Assembly (NCBI GenBank): GCA_964645765.1
Contig: CAZYBE010000007.1
Coordinates: 2,644 to 66,643 of the forward strand
DNA: 64,000 bases
From: an uncultured Eubacteriales bacterium
Lineage (GTDB): Bacteria > Acidobacteriota > Aminicenantia > Aminicenantales > Aminicenantaceae
Direction of reading: 5' to 3'
The notes below the pieces were generated by a model, which did not search any database, was not told the DNA's origin, and worked only from the letters and a program-made list of their open reading frames with translations. A program made the position numbers and the translations under genes. Numbering within the stretch: the stretch's first letter is position 1; every line of letters starts with the position of its first letter. This document shows, one piece after another, positions 1-10,233 of this stretch.

Positions 1-151
1 GATAAACTGAAAGCCTGAATTTGACATCGTTTTTTTAAGTGTGCGGAAGGGATTCCCAAGACGCTTCTCCCGCTCAGCTTGCCGAGAAGCCAGAAGGGTT
101 ACAGTGCATTCATTCAAGATTTTCTGAATCTTGAGAAGAATTTTCCCTGGC

Positions 152-889
152 TTATTTTTCCTCTTCTCCATACCTGGAAAGGACATCAGAGTTGACCTTG
201 AGGAAGAGGTCATATCTGATTTTGACTCCCCGCTCTTTTTCCAGTTTCATCAAATAGGATTGGAGAAACTTGTTTCCTTCTGCCTCCAGCAGGTTTTCTT
301 TTTCCTTTTCTTTGGCTTTTTCAAAGTCTTCCTGAGTGACTTCTTTCCTGCTCAGGACCTTTATCAAGGCATAGCCGTCCTTAAACTCAATGGGCTCGCT
401 TCCTTCATTTAGAGGGAGAGAGAAAGCCAGCTCATCAATTTTTGAATTCTCTCCGATGATGCTGAGATACTGCCCCCGCTTATGCTCCTCTCCAGTCTTG
501 TATTCAAGCTTGTACTTTTCAGTCAGCTTTTCGAGTCCTATGGTTTTGAGCTCTGAACTGGCCTTTTTCATCTTTTCCAGAGCCGCTTCTTTTTTTCTAA
601 AGGCCACGAGTTCCACTTTGACCTTATCCTCCACTTCATCAAAATTCGCGAGACGCGGCACCTCGACCTTTTTCAGCTCGACAATTCCCACCCCTCGGTA
701 GGTAAAGATGGGAGAGGAAATCTGCTTCTCTTTGAGTTGGAAAAGGGTGTTGCTGACCATGCCTGAAGAGTCAATGTCTTCAAAGGTATCACCCTCTTTG
801 AGGAGGCCTGTGGTTATGATTTGAGGTCCCGCCAAAACACTCCAGCATTTTTGCGAACTACTGATAGACCAATTGTGTCGCGTTTCCAA
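152..889 (-). pseudogene. Truncated diverged duplicate of the ppiD 3' end (C-terminal ~225 aa) with an unrelated 22-aa N-terminus
   Basis: Translation is ~85% identical to the C-terminus of the 642-aa ORF at 2956..4884. DNA homology covers about 146..826 versus 2950..3630. The N-terminal SurA-like and parvulin region is missing. Confidence 0.55.
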
Positions 890-1001
890 TATACGAAATG
901 AATCGCTTTTAGGGGGTCAGGTCAAGCGGCTGCGCAATATCCAGTTTTATTAAAGTGCATATTTGACTGACTGATTTAAGTTTTTTTGTTATAAGTACTA
1001 T

Positions 1002-2477
1002 TTATTCAACATGCGAATCAATTTTTATATTAGGTTCAATATCCCCGCCTTTCCATTCAAATGCACCTAATTGTGCTCCTCCACCATAAATAGGATCAAA
1101 TACTTTTCTAGGCAAAAGTTCTGTGTCATCATCATAAATGATCAGATGATATGGGGTACAGTTCCCGAAATAGAAATACCTGACTCTTTCATCTTTATGA
1201 TTGATTAGATGGGCTCCTATAGTTACATCAACAGGCATCCAACCATAGGGTTCAAAATATACCTGTGCCCACGAATGTTGAGCATGATCCCTATCAGGTT
1301 GAACTCTCCATCCTCCTTGTGACCTGGCTGGTATTTTATTGATCCGACAAAGAGAAATAAATAGGTTAGACTTTGCACCACAATCCCCACGCTTATATTT
1401 TGCAGTATATTCTGCATTATCTCCCATAACAGGCTTTGGATCAGTCCATATAACATATTTACAAATCCATTCATATATTTTTTTTGCCTTCAGGTAATCG
1501 TTAGTCTCTTTACCAATTATTTCTTTGGACAATTTTTTCAAATACGGTGTAAATAAATTACTCTCTGTTTCTTTTGTATATTTTTTATAATCTTGATCCG
1601 AGACATTGTAAGGTTGAATATTGTTGGGGTCAACATTTTTATAATACCCTTTTGATTCATATTCGAAGATGAATTGACAGATAAAAGTGGAATCGCTGAT
1701 AGACGCAGGATTCTTCATTGGTGCAATCCAACTCTGTGAAGGTTTTGTGAAATAATTTCTCCATTCCGTATTTGAGTTATCCATTTTATCAATTACCTTT
1801 TCGAAATAGATCATTGAAGTCAAATTATCACTTTTTGGAAGTGTTATATTATTGATGCTTGAATGAACTATTCTAATATTCGATTGAAACTTATTTTCCC
1901 GAACATAAGGTATCCATGCTTTTAGTAAAGACTGATCGGGCAAACTTCTAATATCTTGAAAATAGCTGAATCCTACATTTATTTTTTTTGATAATATTGA
2001 ATCGTTCTCGAAAGAAGTAATTGTTTCGAGCGGGTATTTGGAAGCATCATAAACTTTGTCTTCCGGTATTTTTGCACGTCTGGCGGCTTCTTTATTAACC
2101 TGAAAGAGATCAAAAATACAGTTTGAGTAATATTTTTTTTCACCATCGATCAGGTAATATTCAAGGCTATAATCATCCTCCCATTTATTCATATCAACTT
2201 CCGACAAATCGGGGATTTTAGGATTTAATTCTTTATAAACAGAATCATAAGATAACGTGTATTCTCTTTTTACTGCCTGAATATCATTTAAATATTTCTG
2301 TAATATTTTAATCTCATTAACTGAAAGCTTAGTCTTGTTCTGTAGTTTAAGGTCTATTATTTTAATTGCTTCTGAAAACTCACCATTCTGAACTAATCGA
2401 TTCAAATTATCAGCTTCTTTATTACATGAAACAAAAAGTGCTATTATTATCGCAGAAAAAGTCAATAATTTTTTCAT
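1002..2477 (-). CDS. Transglutaminase-like cysteine-protease-domain lipoprotein
   Basis: Classic lipoprotein signal MKKLLTFSAIIIALFVSC. C-terminal transglutaminase core motifs GDCGAKSNLFISLCRINKIPAR and HSWAQVYFEPYGWMPVD. The gene is markedly AT-rich compared with its neighbours. An alternative upstream ATG at 2501 has an AGGGA Shine-Dalgarno. The track ORF runs to 2900 but the upstream part does not look coding. Confidence 0.6.
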   Translation of the reverse strand: MKKLLTFSAIIIALFVSCNKEADNLNRLVQNGEFSEAIKIIDLKLQNKTKLSVNEIKILQKYLNDIQAVKREYTLSYDSVYKELNPKIPDLSEVDMNKWEDDYSLEYYLIDGEKKYYSNCIFDLFQVNKEAARRAKIPEDKVYDASKYPLETITSFENDSILSKKINVGFSYFQDIRSLPDQSLLKAWIPYVRENKFQSNIRIVHSSINNITLPKSDNLTSMIYFEKVIDKMDNSNTEWRNYFTKPSQSWIAPMKNPASISDSTFICQFIFEYESKGYYKNVDPNNIQPYNVSDQDYKKYTKETESNLFTPYLKKLSKEIIGKETNDYLKAKKIYEWICKYVIWTDPKPVMGDNAEYTAKYKRGDCGAKSNLFISLCRINKIPARSQGGWRVQPDRDHAQHSWAQVYFEPYGWMPVDVTIGAHLINHKDERVRYFYFGNCTPYHLIIYDDDTELLPRKVFDPIYGGGAQLGAFEWKGGDIEPNIKIDSHVE

Positions 2478-2955
2478 TAAAGTTACATTTTGATGTGACA
2501 TGGGGATCCCTTTTTTGGAATTACATGGATTAGACAGCCCTATCGACCGTTCGGTTGACGGGCTCTTCAGAATGTCGTACGGCCAGGGAGAGACAAAGTT
2601 GGGACTGCAGAGGAAAGCTTCGCGATCCCCGCGATGACGTGGAGAACCAACACGATCGTCTTGAATCTGGCAGAATATAAGAAATTGGTTTTCGGCTGCG
2701 CTGGCCAAGTGGGCATCTCTGTCTCCGTACGCCCGTTCAATCATCGTGTGGGATTGTAAATCATGACAAAAAAAGATGTCAAGGACAGCTTGGGGGCGCG
2801 GGGTATGTCGGCAAAGCGATCCGAGGCGCCAAAAGTGCCTAAAATCACCCAGACCTCTCCTCCCGAGGAAAGAAAAGGCGATGGACTTCAGATAATCCAT
2901 CCGCTCCTAAAGGATTAAGGCCGATTTTCCGGCTGAGGAGAAGTATTCCCCTGGC

Positions 2956-4884
2956 TTATTTTTCCTCTTCTCCATACCTGGAAAGAACATCAGAGTTGAC
3001 CTTGAGGAAAAGGTCGTATCTGATTTTGACACCCCGCTCTTTTCTCAGTTTCAACAAGTAGGAATGGAGAAACTTGTTACTTTCTGCCTCCAGCAGGTTT
3101 TCTTTTTCCTTTTCCTTGTTTTTTTCAAATTCTTCCCGGCTGACTTCTTTTCTGCTCAGGACTTTTATCAGGACATAGCCGTCTTTAAACTCAATGGGTT
3201 CGCTTCCTTCATTCGGTGGGAGAGAAAAAGCCAGCTCATCGACCTTTGAATTCTCGCCGATGACGCCGAGATATTGCCCCCGCTTGTGCTCCTCTCCGGT
3301 CTTGTATTCAATCTTATACTTCTCAGCCAGCTTTTCGAGCGCTGTTGTCTTGAGTTCTACACTAACGTTTTTCATCTTTTCCAGAGCCGCTTCTTTTTTT
3401 CTCAAGCCGACGAGTTCCACGTTGACCTTATCCTCCACTTCATCAAAATTTGCCAGACGCGACGCCTCGACCTTTTCCAGCTCAACAATTCCCACCCCTC
3501 GGTAAGTAAAGATGGGAGAGGAAATCTGCTTCTCTTTGAGTTGGAAGAGGGTGTTGCTGATCATGCCTGAAGAGTCAACGTCTTCAAAGGTATCACCCTC
3601 TTTGAGGAGGCCTGTGGTTTTGATTTGAAAGCCATCTTTTTTTGCAGCGGCACCGAGGATTTTTTCTTTTCGAGCATCTTTCTCTAAGTCGGAAATCCTC
3701 TGTTCAGCCATCTCTCTTGCTTTCTGGTCTTGGAGGATGCTTTGGACCTTGTCTTTGACCTCCTCAAGGGGCCTGGTGAAAGAAGGCTTTTTTTCTGTAA
3801 CTTTAAGGATGGAGACGCCATCATCGAGTTCTAGAATGTCAGATGTTTCACCCCCGGAAAGCCTTTCAATTTCCTTCTGCTCTTGGGAAGATAAAGTCTT
3901 CCACTCATAAAGCCCCCAGTCTCCATTTTCCATGGCTTTTTTATCCTTGGAGTTTGTCTTTGCCAACGCGGCGAAGTCTTCGCCTTTTCGAATTTTCTCC
4001 AGGATGCTCTTGGCTTCTGCCGCGACGAGTTCCTTTTGTTTGTTTTCATAGGGAAGATAGATTCTGCTGACTCTCACTCTTTCTGGTTCCTGGAATTGAG
4101 ACAGGTTCGCTTTATAGTATTTCTCAATTTCTGACTTGAGGATTTTGACTTCCTTTTTTAGGCCATCCGTATTGAGGAAAACCAGGTTTCCTTCTCTTCT
4201 TTCAGGAATTTTGTAATTCTCTTTGTTCTTGTCAAAATATTCCCTGACTTCACTCTCCTCAGGCTCTTTTTTAATTTCCATCTTGTCTGTTTCGATGACG
4301 GCATATTCGATCTTGGCCGATTCATTATTATTTTTATAGCTTTTCCAGACCTCTTCCGGAGTGACGACGATTCCAGCCGTGACGACCTTGAGGAGCTTAT
4401 TTATAATGATTTCCTTTCTCAGGCTCTCTTCGAATTGATCGGTTGAAAGACGACTCCAATTCAGAATTCTCTTGTATTCTTCAAAGCCGATGAATTTTCC
4501 GTCCCTCTGGAACATAGTTTTTATTCTATCCCGAATTTCATCGTCCGAAGCTTGGATTCCCATAGCTCGAGCCGCCTGAAGGAGGAGATTCTGCTGGATG
4601 ATCTCCTCCAGGACCTGCTGGGGGATGTTGAGCTGTTGGATCAGATTTCTGTTGAGGTCTTTGTATTGTTCTTTTAAAGCTTCAAGCTTATCTCTGAGGG
4701 TTTGGAAGTATAAATCTTTTGAGATTTTTTTCCCGCCGACGCTGGCAAGAGTCGAGGGGCCTGCTCCTTTTCCCAATTGTTGCCCGCCTCCCCAGACAGC
4801 GAATATGGCGATGATGAAGACAGCAATCACTATCCATAAGGCAGGAGCCAAGAGCTTGAAGTGTTTTCTCATTGCTTTTAGCAT
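2956..4884 (-). CDS. ppiD: Periplasmic chaperone PpiD (peptidyl-prolyl isomerase D-like)
   Basis: 642 aa with an N-terminal membrane anchor (MLKAMRKHFKLLAPALWIVIAVFIIAIF), a SurA-like N-domain and a parvulin-like region. Position next to the acyl-CoA dehydrogenase gene in the operon. Confidence 0.8.
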   Translation of the reverse strand: MLKAMRKHFKLLAPALWIVIAVFIIAIFAVWGGGQQLGKGAGPSTLASVGGKKISKDLYFQTLRDKLEALKEQYKDLNRNLIQQLNIPQQVLEEIIQQNLLLQAARAMGIQASDDEIRDRIKTMFQRDGKFIGFEEYKRILNWSRLSTDQFEESLRKEIIINKLLKVVTAGIVVTPEEVWKSYKNNNESAKIEYAVIETDKMEIKKEPEESEVREYFDKNKENYKIPERREGNLVFLNTDGLKKEVKILKSEIEKYYKANLSQFQEPERVRVSRIYLPYENKQKELVAAEAKSILEKIRKGEDFAALAKTNSKDKKAMENGDWGLYEWKTLSSQEQKEIERLSGGETSDILELDDGVSILKVTEKKPSFTRPLEEVKDKVQSILQDQKAREMAEQRISDLEKDARKEKILGAAAKKDGFQIKTTGLLKEGDTFEDVDSSGMISNTLFQLKEKQISSPIFTYRGVGIVELEKVEASRLANFDEVEDKVNVELVGLRKKEAALEKMKNVSVELKTTALEKLAEKYKIEYKTGEEHKRGQYLGVIGENSKVDELAFSLPPNEGSEPIEFKDGYVLIKVLSRKEVSREEFEKNKEKEKENLLEAESNKFLHSYLLKLRKERGVKIRYDLFLKVNSDVLSRYGEEEK

Positions 4885-4967
4885 CGTATCACCTCAAATT
4901 TATTTATATTGCAGCGCGCATTTTGAGCAAAACAGCTTTCTCCTTAATTCATTATATCGCGCGTCGT

Positions 4968-6113
4968 TTATTGCTCTTGGAGAAGATGTCGGGATATGAC
5001 AAGTCTTTGAATTTCAGAAGTCCCTTCATAGATGGTTAAGACTCGGGCGTCCCTGTAGAGCTGTTCGATCAAGAATTCTTTGGAGTAGCCGTAACCTCCG
5101 TGAATTTGGAGAGCCAGGTAAGCGATTCTGTTAGCCGCTTCTGAAGCAAAGAGCTTGGCCATAGAAGCCTCTTTGGTAAAGGGCTTCCCGCGTTCATTTA
5201 AATCAGCAGCCTTATAGGCCAGGAGCCGTGACGCATCGGTGAGTGTGGACATGTCGGCAATCATGAACTGAATGGCCTGAAACTCGGAAATTTTTTTGCC
5301 GAACGCCTCCCTTTGCCGGGCAAATTTTACGGCTTCTTCTAAGGCTTGCTCGGCGAGGCCTACCGCCTGAGCAGCGATGCCGATTCTCGAGCAGTCGAGG
5401 CAGTGAAAGGCGACTGTTGTCCCCTTTCCTTCTTCTCCTAAGAGATTTTCTGCAGGAACCTGACAGTCTTCCAGGGCAAACTCTGCCGTGAGCGAGGAAT
5501 GGAGGCCCATCTTATCCTCAATCTTGGAAACCCGGAATCCTGGAGAATTTCTTTCAACGATAAATGCACTCGGCTTTGACACTCCGGCTGAAACTTCGCT
5601 CAGAGCAAAAATAATGGAAGCACCGGCCTCGCTTCCGCTGGTGACCCAGGCCTTTGTTCCGTTTAAAAGATAAACATCGCCTTTCTTTATAGCTTTTGTC
5701 TTCAAGTTTGCGGCATCCGACCCTGCGCCTGGCTCTGTTAGGGAAAAGGCTCCGAGTATCTCCCCCGTGGCCGCTTGGGGAAGGTATTTCTCCTTTTGCC
5801 TTTTGGTTCCAAACTTGAGGATGGAATAACAGAAGAGGGAACAGTGGACGCTGACGATGACCGCCAGCGAGGGAAAAGCCCGGCTGATTTCTTCCAGGGC
5901 AATGAGGAAAGAAAGATAGTCACTTTTTGTCCCCCCGTATTCAGGAGGAACAGTCATGCCCAGGATTCCAAGTTTCGCCAGCTCTTTTAAGAGTTCCCGG
6001 GGAAATTGGTGATTTTGCTCCAAAATCTTCGCTTTGGGGGCGATCTCTTTCTGGGCGAATTCGCTGATCATTTCCCGCAATAGCTTCTGGTCTTCTGTAA
6101 GCTCAAAATTCAC
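4968..6113 (-). CDS. Acyl-CoA dehydrogenase (short-chain/butyryl-CoA type)
   Basis: 381 aa with typical ACAD N-, middle and C-domain signatures (TEDQKLLREMISEFAQKEIAP, GAFSLTEPGAGSD, QIHGGYGYSKEF, YEGTSEIQ). Confidence 0.9.
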   Translation of the reverse strand: MNFELTEDQKLLREMISEFAQKEIAPKAKILEQNHQFPRELLKELAKLGILGMTVPPEYGGTKSDYLSFLIALEEISRAFPSLAVIVSVHCSLFCYSILKFGTKRQKEKYLPQAATGEILGAFSLTEPGAGSDAANLKTKAIKKGDVYLLNGTKAWVTSGSEAGASIIFALSEVSAGVSKPSAFIVERNSPGFRVSKIEDKMGLHSSLTAEFALEDCQVPAENLLGEEGKGTTVAFHCLDCSRIGIAAQAVGLAEQALEEAVKFARQREAFGKKISEFQAIQFMIADMSTLTDASRLLAYKAADLNERGKPFTKEASMAKLFASEAANRIAYLALQIHGGYGYSKEFLIEQLYRDARVLTIYEGTSEIQRLVISRHLLQEQ

Positions 6114-6185
6114 TTTTCTTCTCTTCCATGAGATTTGAAGCCTCTTGGCTCATTAAGGAGATTTGCGAGGAGCTAATTTTTCACC

Positions 6186-6677
6186 TCATTTTATCTTCTG
6201 AAAAAAAGGAAAGAGACGGTCATAGCTTGTTTTAAGGTCCTCGAGCATCACCTTTGTCTTGCCGACAATGGGCATGAAATTTGAGTCGCCTGTCCAGCGC
6301 AAGATGACGTGGAGGTGATAATGGTCGGCGACTCCTGCTCCTGCGCTTTGGCCCAAGTTCATGCCGGTGTTGAAGCCATGGGGTCGGTATACTTTTTTTA
6401 GAACTTTCAAGCTCAACTTGAGGAGGTCTGTCATTTCATCTGTCAAAGGTTTCTTTGCCTTCTCAAACGAAGCCACGTGTTTGTAAGGAGCGATTAAGAG
6501 ATGGGCCGTCGTGTAAGGATATTTATTCAGAAGGATGAAGTTGTGGGCGCCCCTGAAGAGGATGAAAGCCTCTCGGTCAGATTTGGCTTTGAGCGCTTGG
6601 CAAAAAATGCATCTGTTCATTTTCACAATTTTTCGGACATATTCCTCTCTCCAGGGAGCTGAGATATACTGCATCAT
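6186..6677 (-). CDS. HIT-family hydrolase/nucleotidyltransferase
   Basis: 163 aa with the histidine triad HYHLHVI near the C-terminus. 4-nt overlap with the upstream ihf-like gene. Confidence 0.7.
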   Translation of the reverse strand: MMQYISAPWREEYVRKIVKMNRCIFCQALKAKSDREAFILFRGAHNFILLNKYPYTTAHLLIAPYKHVASFEKAKKPLTDEMTDLLKLSLKVLKKVYRPHGFNTGMNLGQSAGAGVADHYHLHVILRWTGDSNFMPIVGKTKVMLEDLKTSYDRLFPFFQKIK

Positions 6678-6952
6678 TTGGTGTTGATCATGTTCTTTAG
6701 AATCTTACTCGGCTTGAAGTACAAGACCTTCTTGGAGGGGACATGAACTGGCTCCCCAGTCCGAGGGTTTCTCCCTGCTCTCGAATTTCTCTGCCTGAAG
6801 CGAAAGCTCCCAAAACCCCTCAATTCTATCTCTTCCCCCTTTAGGATGGCTTCTTTAATTGTTTCAAAGAAGAGATTCACTCCGCTTTCTGCTTCCTGTC
6901 TGGGAATGTTCATCTCTTTGGAAATTTTGTTGATTAGGTCGGCTTTAATCAT
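6674..6952 (-). CDS. HU/IHF-family DNA-binding protein (IHF beta-like)
   Basis: 92 aa. GFGSFRFRQRNSRAGRNPRTGEPVHVP arm motif typical of the HU/IHF family. Confidence 0.85.
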   Translation of the reverse strand: MIKADLINKISKEMNIPRQEAESGVNLFFETIKEAILKGEEIELRGFGSFRFRQRNSRAGRNPRTGEPVHVPSKKVLYFKPSKILKNMINTK

Positions 6953-8690
6953 CTTTTCCCTCCTTTTTTATCGCTTTTTGTGGAGAGCGGATTTGCTTGA
7001 GTTGCTCCTTAAAGACATCGCCGAGAGTCAGCCTTTTCTGGCTCTGAATATATTTTTGATACTCCAACTTCTGCAGATCGAACTGGGCCTGTCTGAAGCT
7101 GAGTGAAATTTTTTTCTCTCTGGGGCTCATCTTGATAATTTTGGCCAAGCGCTCTTCCCCCACAGAGAAAGCCTCTTTAGGATTTTCGATCCTGTTCTCG
7201 TCGAGCTCAGAGAGGAAGACAATGCCCTCGATTCCAGGAGTGATTTCAACGAAGACCCCAAAATCTGTCAGGCGGACAACCTTCACCTTGACCAGGTCTC
7301 CGACCTTCTGCCGCTCGAAGAAATCCTCCCAAATATCTCCCTCAAGCTGTTTAATGCCCAATGATAATTTTTGCTTTTCGACATCGATGTTCAAAATTAT
7401 GGCCTCTGTCTCCTGGCCAACCTTCAGTATCTGGGATGAATGTTTAATTCTTTCCCAGCTGATATCAGAAATGTGAATCAGCCCCTCCACCCCGGGCTCG
7501 ACTTCCATGAAGGCTCCAAAATCCGTTATGCTGGTTATGGTGCCTTTGACCCTCGAACCTGGGCTGTACTTCTGCTTGAGAATCTCAAGGGGATGAGGCG
7601 TCACCTGCTTAAGACCCAACGAGATTCTTTTTGCTGAAGAGTTGATATCCAGGACAGAAACCAAAACCTCTTCTCCTGGGCTGAGGACTTTTTTGGGATG
7701 GACGAGTTTTCTCGACCAGGTTAGGTCTGAAACATGGACCAAGCCTTCCACACCCTTTTCGAGCTCGATAAAAGCTCCGAAGTCTGTGAGACTTACCACC
7801 CTCCCCTTGTATTTTTGTCCGATTTTATATTTTTCCTCGATTTTTTCCCATGGATCAGGAGTTAATTGTTTATAACCGAGAGAGATTTTTTCCTCTTTTT
7901 CATTGAAGTCGAGCACCGTAACTTCAACTTCATCACCCACTTTGAAAAGCTCAGCGGGGTGATTAAGCTTCCCCCACGACATATCTGAGACGTGAAGCAG
8001 GCCTTCCACTCCTCCGATATCTATAAAAGCCCCGAAGTTTGTCAGGGATTTGACTTCTCCTTTTATCTTTTGCCCTCGGCTGAGCTGGCTGAACAGCCGC
8101 CTTTTTCTCTTTTCCTTTTCATCCTGGAGGAAAAGTTTTCGAGAGAGAACCGCATTCTCGGTCCTCCTGTCGAATTTTATGACTTTAAATTTAAAGTTGT
8201 TTCCTATGAGTTTCTCTGGCTCCTTGACGGCCCTGATGTCGGCATGGGAATCAGGAAGGAATGTGTCGATTCCGACGTTGACGGTGTATCCATTCTTTAT
8301 TTTTCCGGTGATTTTTCCAACGACCCATGTCTTCTGGTTAAAAGCTTTTTCCAGGTTGTTCAGGGCACTCAGGGCGACTGCTTTTTTATGGGAGAGGATG
8401 AGATAGCCGTCTTTTCGGTTGCTGCGCTCGAACATGGCTTCGACCTCATCACCAGGGCGAATGTCTTCGAGCTGCGCGCTTTTATCGAAATCCTCGATGG
8501 GAATGACTCCTTCTGACTTAAAGCCGATATCGAGAAGGACATGGCTGGGTGTGACTTTAATCACTTTTCCTTTGATGATTCTTCCTGGAACCAACTCCTT
8601 GGCGTTGAACTGGTACTTGTCTAGCCACTTTTCATAGTCTTCAGAAGAGTCTTTTTCATCTTTCTGGATGTTTTTCCTTACCTCTGACAT
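6945..8690 (-). CDS. rpsA: 30S ribosomal protein S1
   Basis: 581 aa with six repeated S1 OB-fold domains (GxV..TDFGAFI/V.. repeated). Confidence 0.9.
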   Translation of the reverse strand: MSEVRKNIQKDEKDSSEDYEKWLDKYQFNAKELVPGRIIKGKVIKVTPSHVLLDIGFKSEGVIPIEDFDKSAQLEDIRPGDEVEAMFERSNRKDGYLILSHKKAVALSALNNLEKAFNQKTWVVGKITGKIKNGYTVNVGIDTFLPDSHADIRAVKEPEKLIGNNFKFKVIKFDRRTENAVLSRKLFLQDEKEKRKRRLFSQLSRGQKIKGEVKSLTNFGAFIDIGGVEGLLHVSDMSWGKLNHPAELFKVGDEVEVTVLDFNEKEEKISLGYKQLTPDPWEKIEEKYKIGQKYKGRVVSLTDFGAFIELEKGVEGLVHVSDLTWSRKLVHPKKVLSPGEEVLVSVLDINSSAKRISLGLKQVTPHPLEILKQKYSPGSRVKGTITSITDFGAFMEVEPGVEGLIHISDISWERIKHSSQILKVGQETEAIILNIDVEKQKLSLGIKQLEGDIWEDFFERQKVGDLVKVKVVRLTDFGVFVEITPGIEGIVFLSELDENRIENPKEAFSVGEERLAKIIKMSPREKKISLSFRQAQFDLQKLEYQKYIQSQKRLTLGDVFKEQLKQIRSPQKAIKKEGKDD

Positions 8691-9556
8691 TGGACGATAT
8701 TCTCCCTATGAGATTGGTTTCTGAAGCTCGCCTTGATTTTAGACACAGCTTCTTGGATGGCTTCTGGAGGAGTCGAAGCCCCCCCTGACAGTCCTATTTT
8801 TTTTGCTCCTTCGAGCATTCGAGGAGTGATTTGCCCCGCGCTTTCGATGAAATATGTTTTGGGCAGGATCCTCTTTGAGATTTGGTAAAGCTTGTTGGTG
8901 TTGGAGCTCGACCTTCCGCCAACGATGAGCAAGGCGTCGACCTGAGATGCAAGCTCTGAAGTGGACTTTTGTCGAGTCTGGGTGGAGTGGCAGATGGTGT
9001 TGTAAACCCTCAATTGTTCTGTCTTCTCGATTAAAGCAGCAACAATTTTCTGGAAAAGATAGATGTCTTGAGTGGATTGAGCAAGCACGGCTCTTTTTTT
9101 TCGCTGAGGAAGGGAGCGTGCTTGTTCCTCGTTTTCAACGATGATTCCTTTTGTGCGGCTATATCCGATAAGTCCTTTAATCTCAGGGTGTTCTTTATTT
9201 CCGACGATGATGATTTCTGCTTTTTCCTTGGCCAGGCGCTCGACCAACCTCTGAATTTTTTTGACAATAGGACAGGTGGCATCGATGACTTCTATTTTTT
9301 TCTTGGCCAGGAGGCTATAGACCGCGGGCGAAACTCCATGGCTGCGGATGATGACCGTTCCTCGGCTGAGCTTTTCAAACTCGTCGATGGAATGAATTCC
9401 TTTTTTTTCCAGGTCGGCAATGATCTGAGGATTGTGGATCAGAGCTCCCAGGGTGAAAACTGCACCTTCTCTTTTTTCCCTTGTTTTCCTGACGATGTTC
9501 AAGGCTCTTCTAACTCCATAACAGAGACCAGAGTTTTTGGCGACTATGATTTCCAT
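8678..9556 (-). CDS. ispH: 4-hydroxy-3-methylbut-2-enyl diphosphate reductase
   Basis: 292 aa with N-terminal GLCYGVRRAL and the conserved Cys ligands of LytB/IspH. Overlaps the rpsA start. Confidence 0.9.
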   Translation of the reverse strand: MEIIVAKNSGLCYGVRRALNIVRKTREKREGAVFTLGALIHNPQIIADLEKKGIHSIDEFEKLSRGTVIIRSHGVSPAVYSLLAKKKIEVIDATCPIVKKIQRLVERLAKEKAEIIIVGNKEHPEIKGLIGYSRTKGIIVENEEQARSLPQRKKRAVLAQSTQDIYLFQKIVAALIEKTEQLRVYNTICHSTQTRQKSTSELASQVDALLIVGGRSSSNTNKLYQISKRILPKTYFIESAGQITPRMLEGAKKIGLSGGASTPPEAIQEAVSKIKASFRNQSHRENIVQCQR

Positions 9557-9684
9557 GTCTTTCAGGGTTGGATAATATTGATGAAATATACTATATTAGT
9601 CAAGCCTGTTTGTCAATCTTAACTATAGATAAAATCTTCACTTAGCTTCATTTCGGCGAGTTGAGAAGGGGAAGCCTTCTTCTC

Positions 9685-10233
9685 TTATTCTTCAAGGTCT
9701 GACTGCTCCTCCAAGATTTTCTTGATTTCTTCTGGAGAGGGGAGGTCGTCGAGTCTGTTAAGGCCAAAGTAGGCTAAGAATTTATCCGTCGTCCGGTAGA
9801 GGAGGGGGCTTCCAGGGCTTTTTTTCCTGCCCACGATTCTGATCAACTTTTTTTGGAGGAGAGTTTTCAGAGTGTGAGTAGAATCAACGCCTCTCAGAGC
9901 CGAGATTTCAGAAAGGGTTGTGGGCTGCTTGTAAGCGATGGCTGATAAAGTCTCGAGAGAGGCAGAAGAGAGTTTATTCTTTCTTTCCATCTTGAGAAGG
10001 CGCCTGACCCAGGGGTCATACTCTGGTTTTGTCGATAGAAGATAGCCCCCTGCTCGCTGGATGATTTGAATTCCATGGTCGTTTGAAGCATAGCTTTCTT
10101 GGAGCTCTTTGAAGGCCTGCTCGACCTCTTCCACAGGGAATTCTTGAAGGACCTCTTTCATCCTCTGCAAAGAGAGGGGTTCCTGGGAGATAAAGACCAA
10201 GGATTCAATGATTTCCTTAATCTTCGTGTCCAT
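9685..10233 (-). CDS. scpB: Segregation and condensation protein B
   Basis: 182 aa. ESLVFISQEPLSL and winged-helix repeats typical of ScpB. Lies immediately downstream of scpA. Confidence 0.85.
   Translation of the reverse strand: MDTKIKEIIESLVFISQEPLSLQRMKEVLQEFPVEEVEQAFKELQESYASNDHGIQIIQRAGGYLLSTKPEYDPWVRRLLKMERKNKLSSASLETLSAIAYKQPTTLSEISALRGVDSTHTLKTLLQKKLIRIVGRKKSPGSPLLYRTTDKFLAYFGLNRLDDLPSPEEIKKILEEQSDLEE

Noticed and set aside
2478-2900. Upstream 140 codons of the track ORF 1002..2900
   Set aside because: The translation (MDYLKSIAFSFLGRRGLGDFRHFWRLG...) lacks protein-like composition. The composition switches from GC-rich to AT-rich exactly at the lipoprotein signal peptide, so the real start is placed at 2477 (or 2501).
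8050-8516. Plus-strand ORFs of 118 and 174 aa
   Set aside because: Embedded antisense within rpsA. Ser/Leu-rich low-complexity translations.
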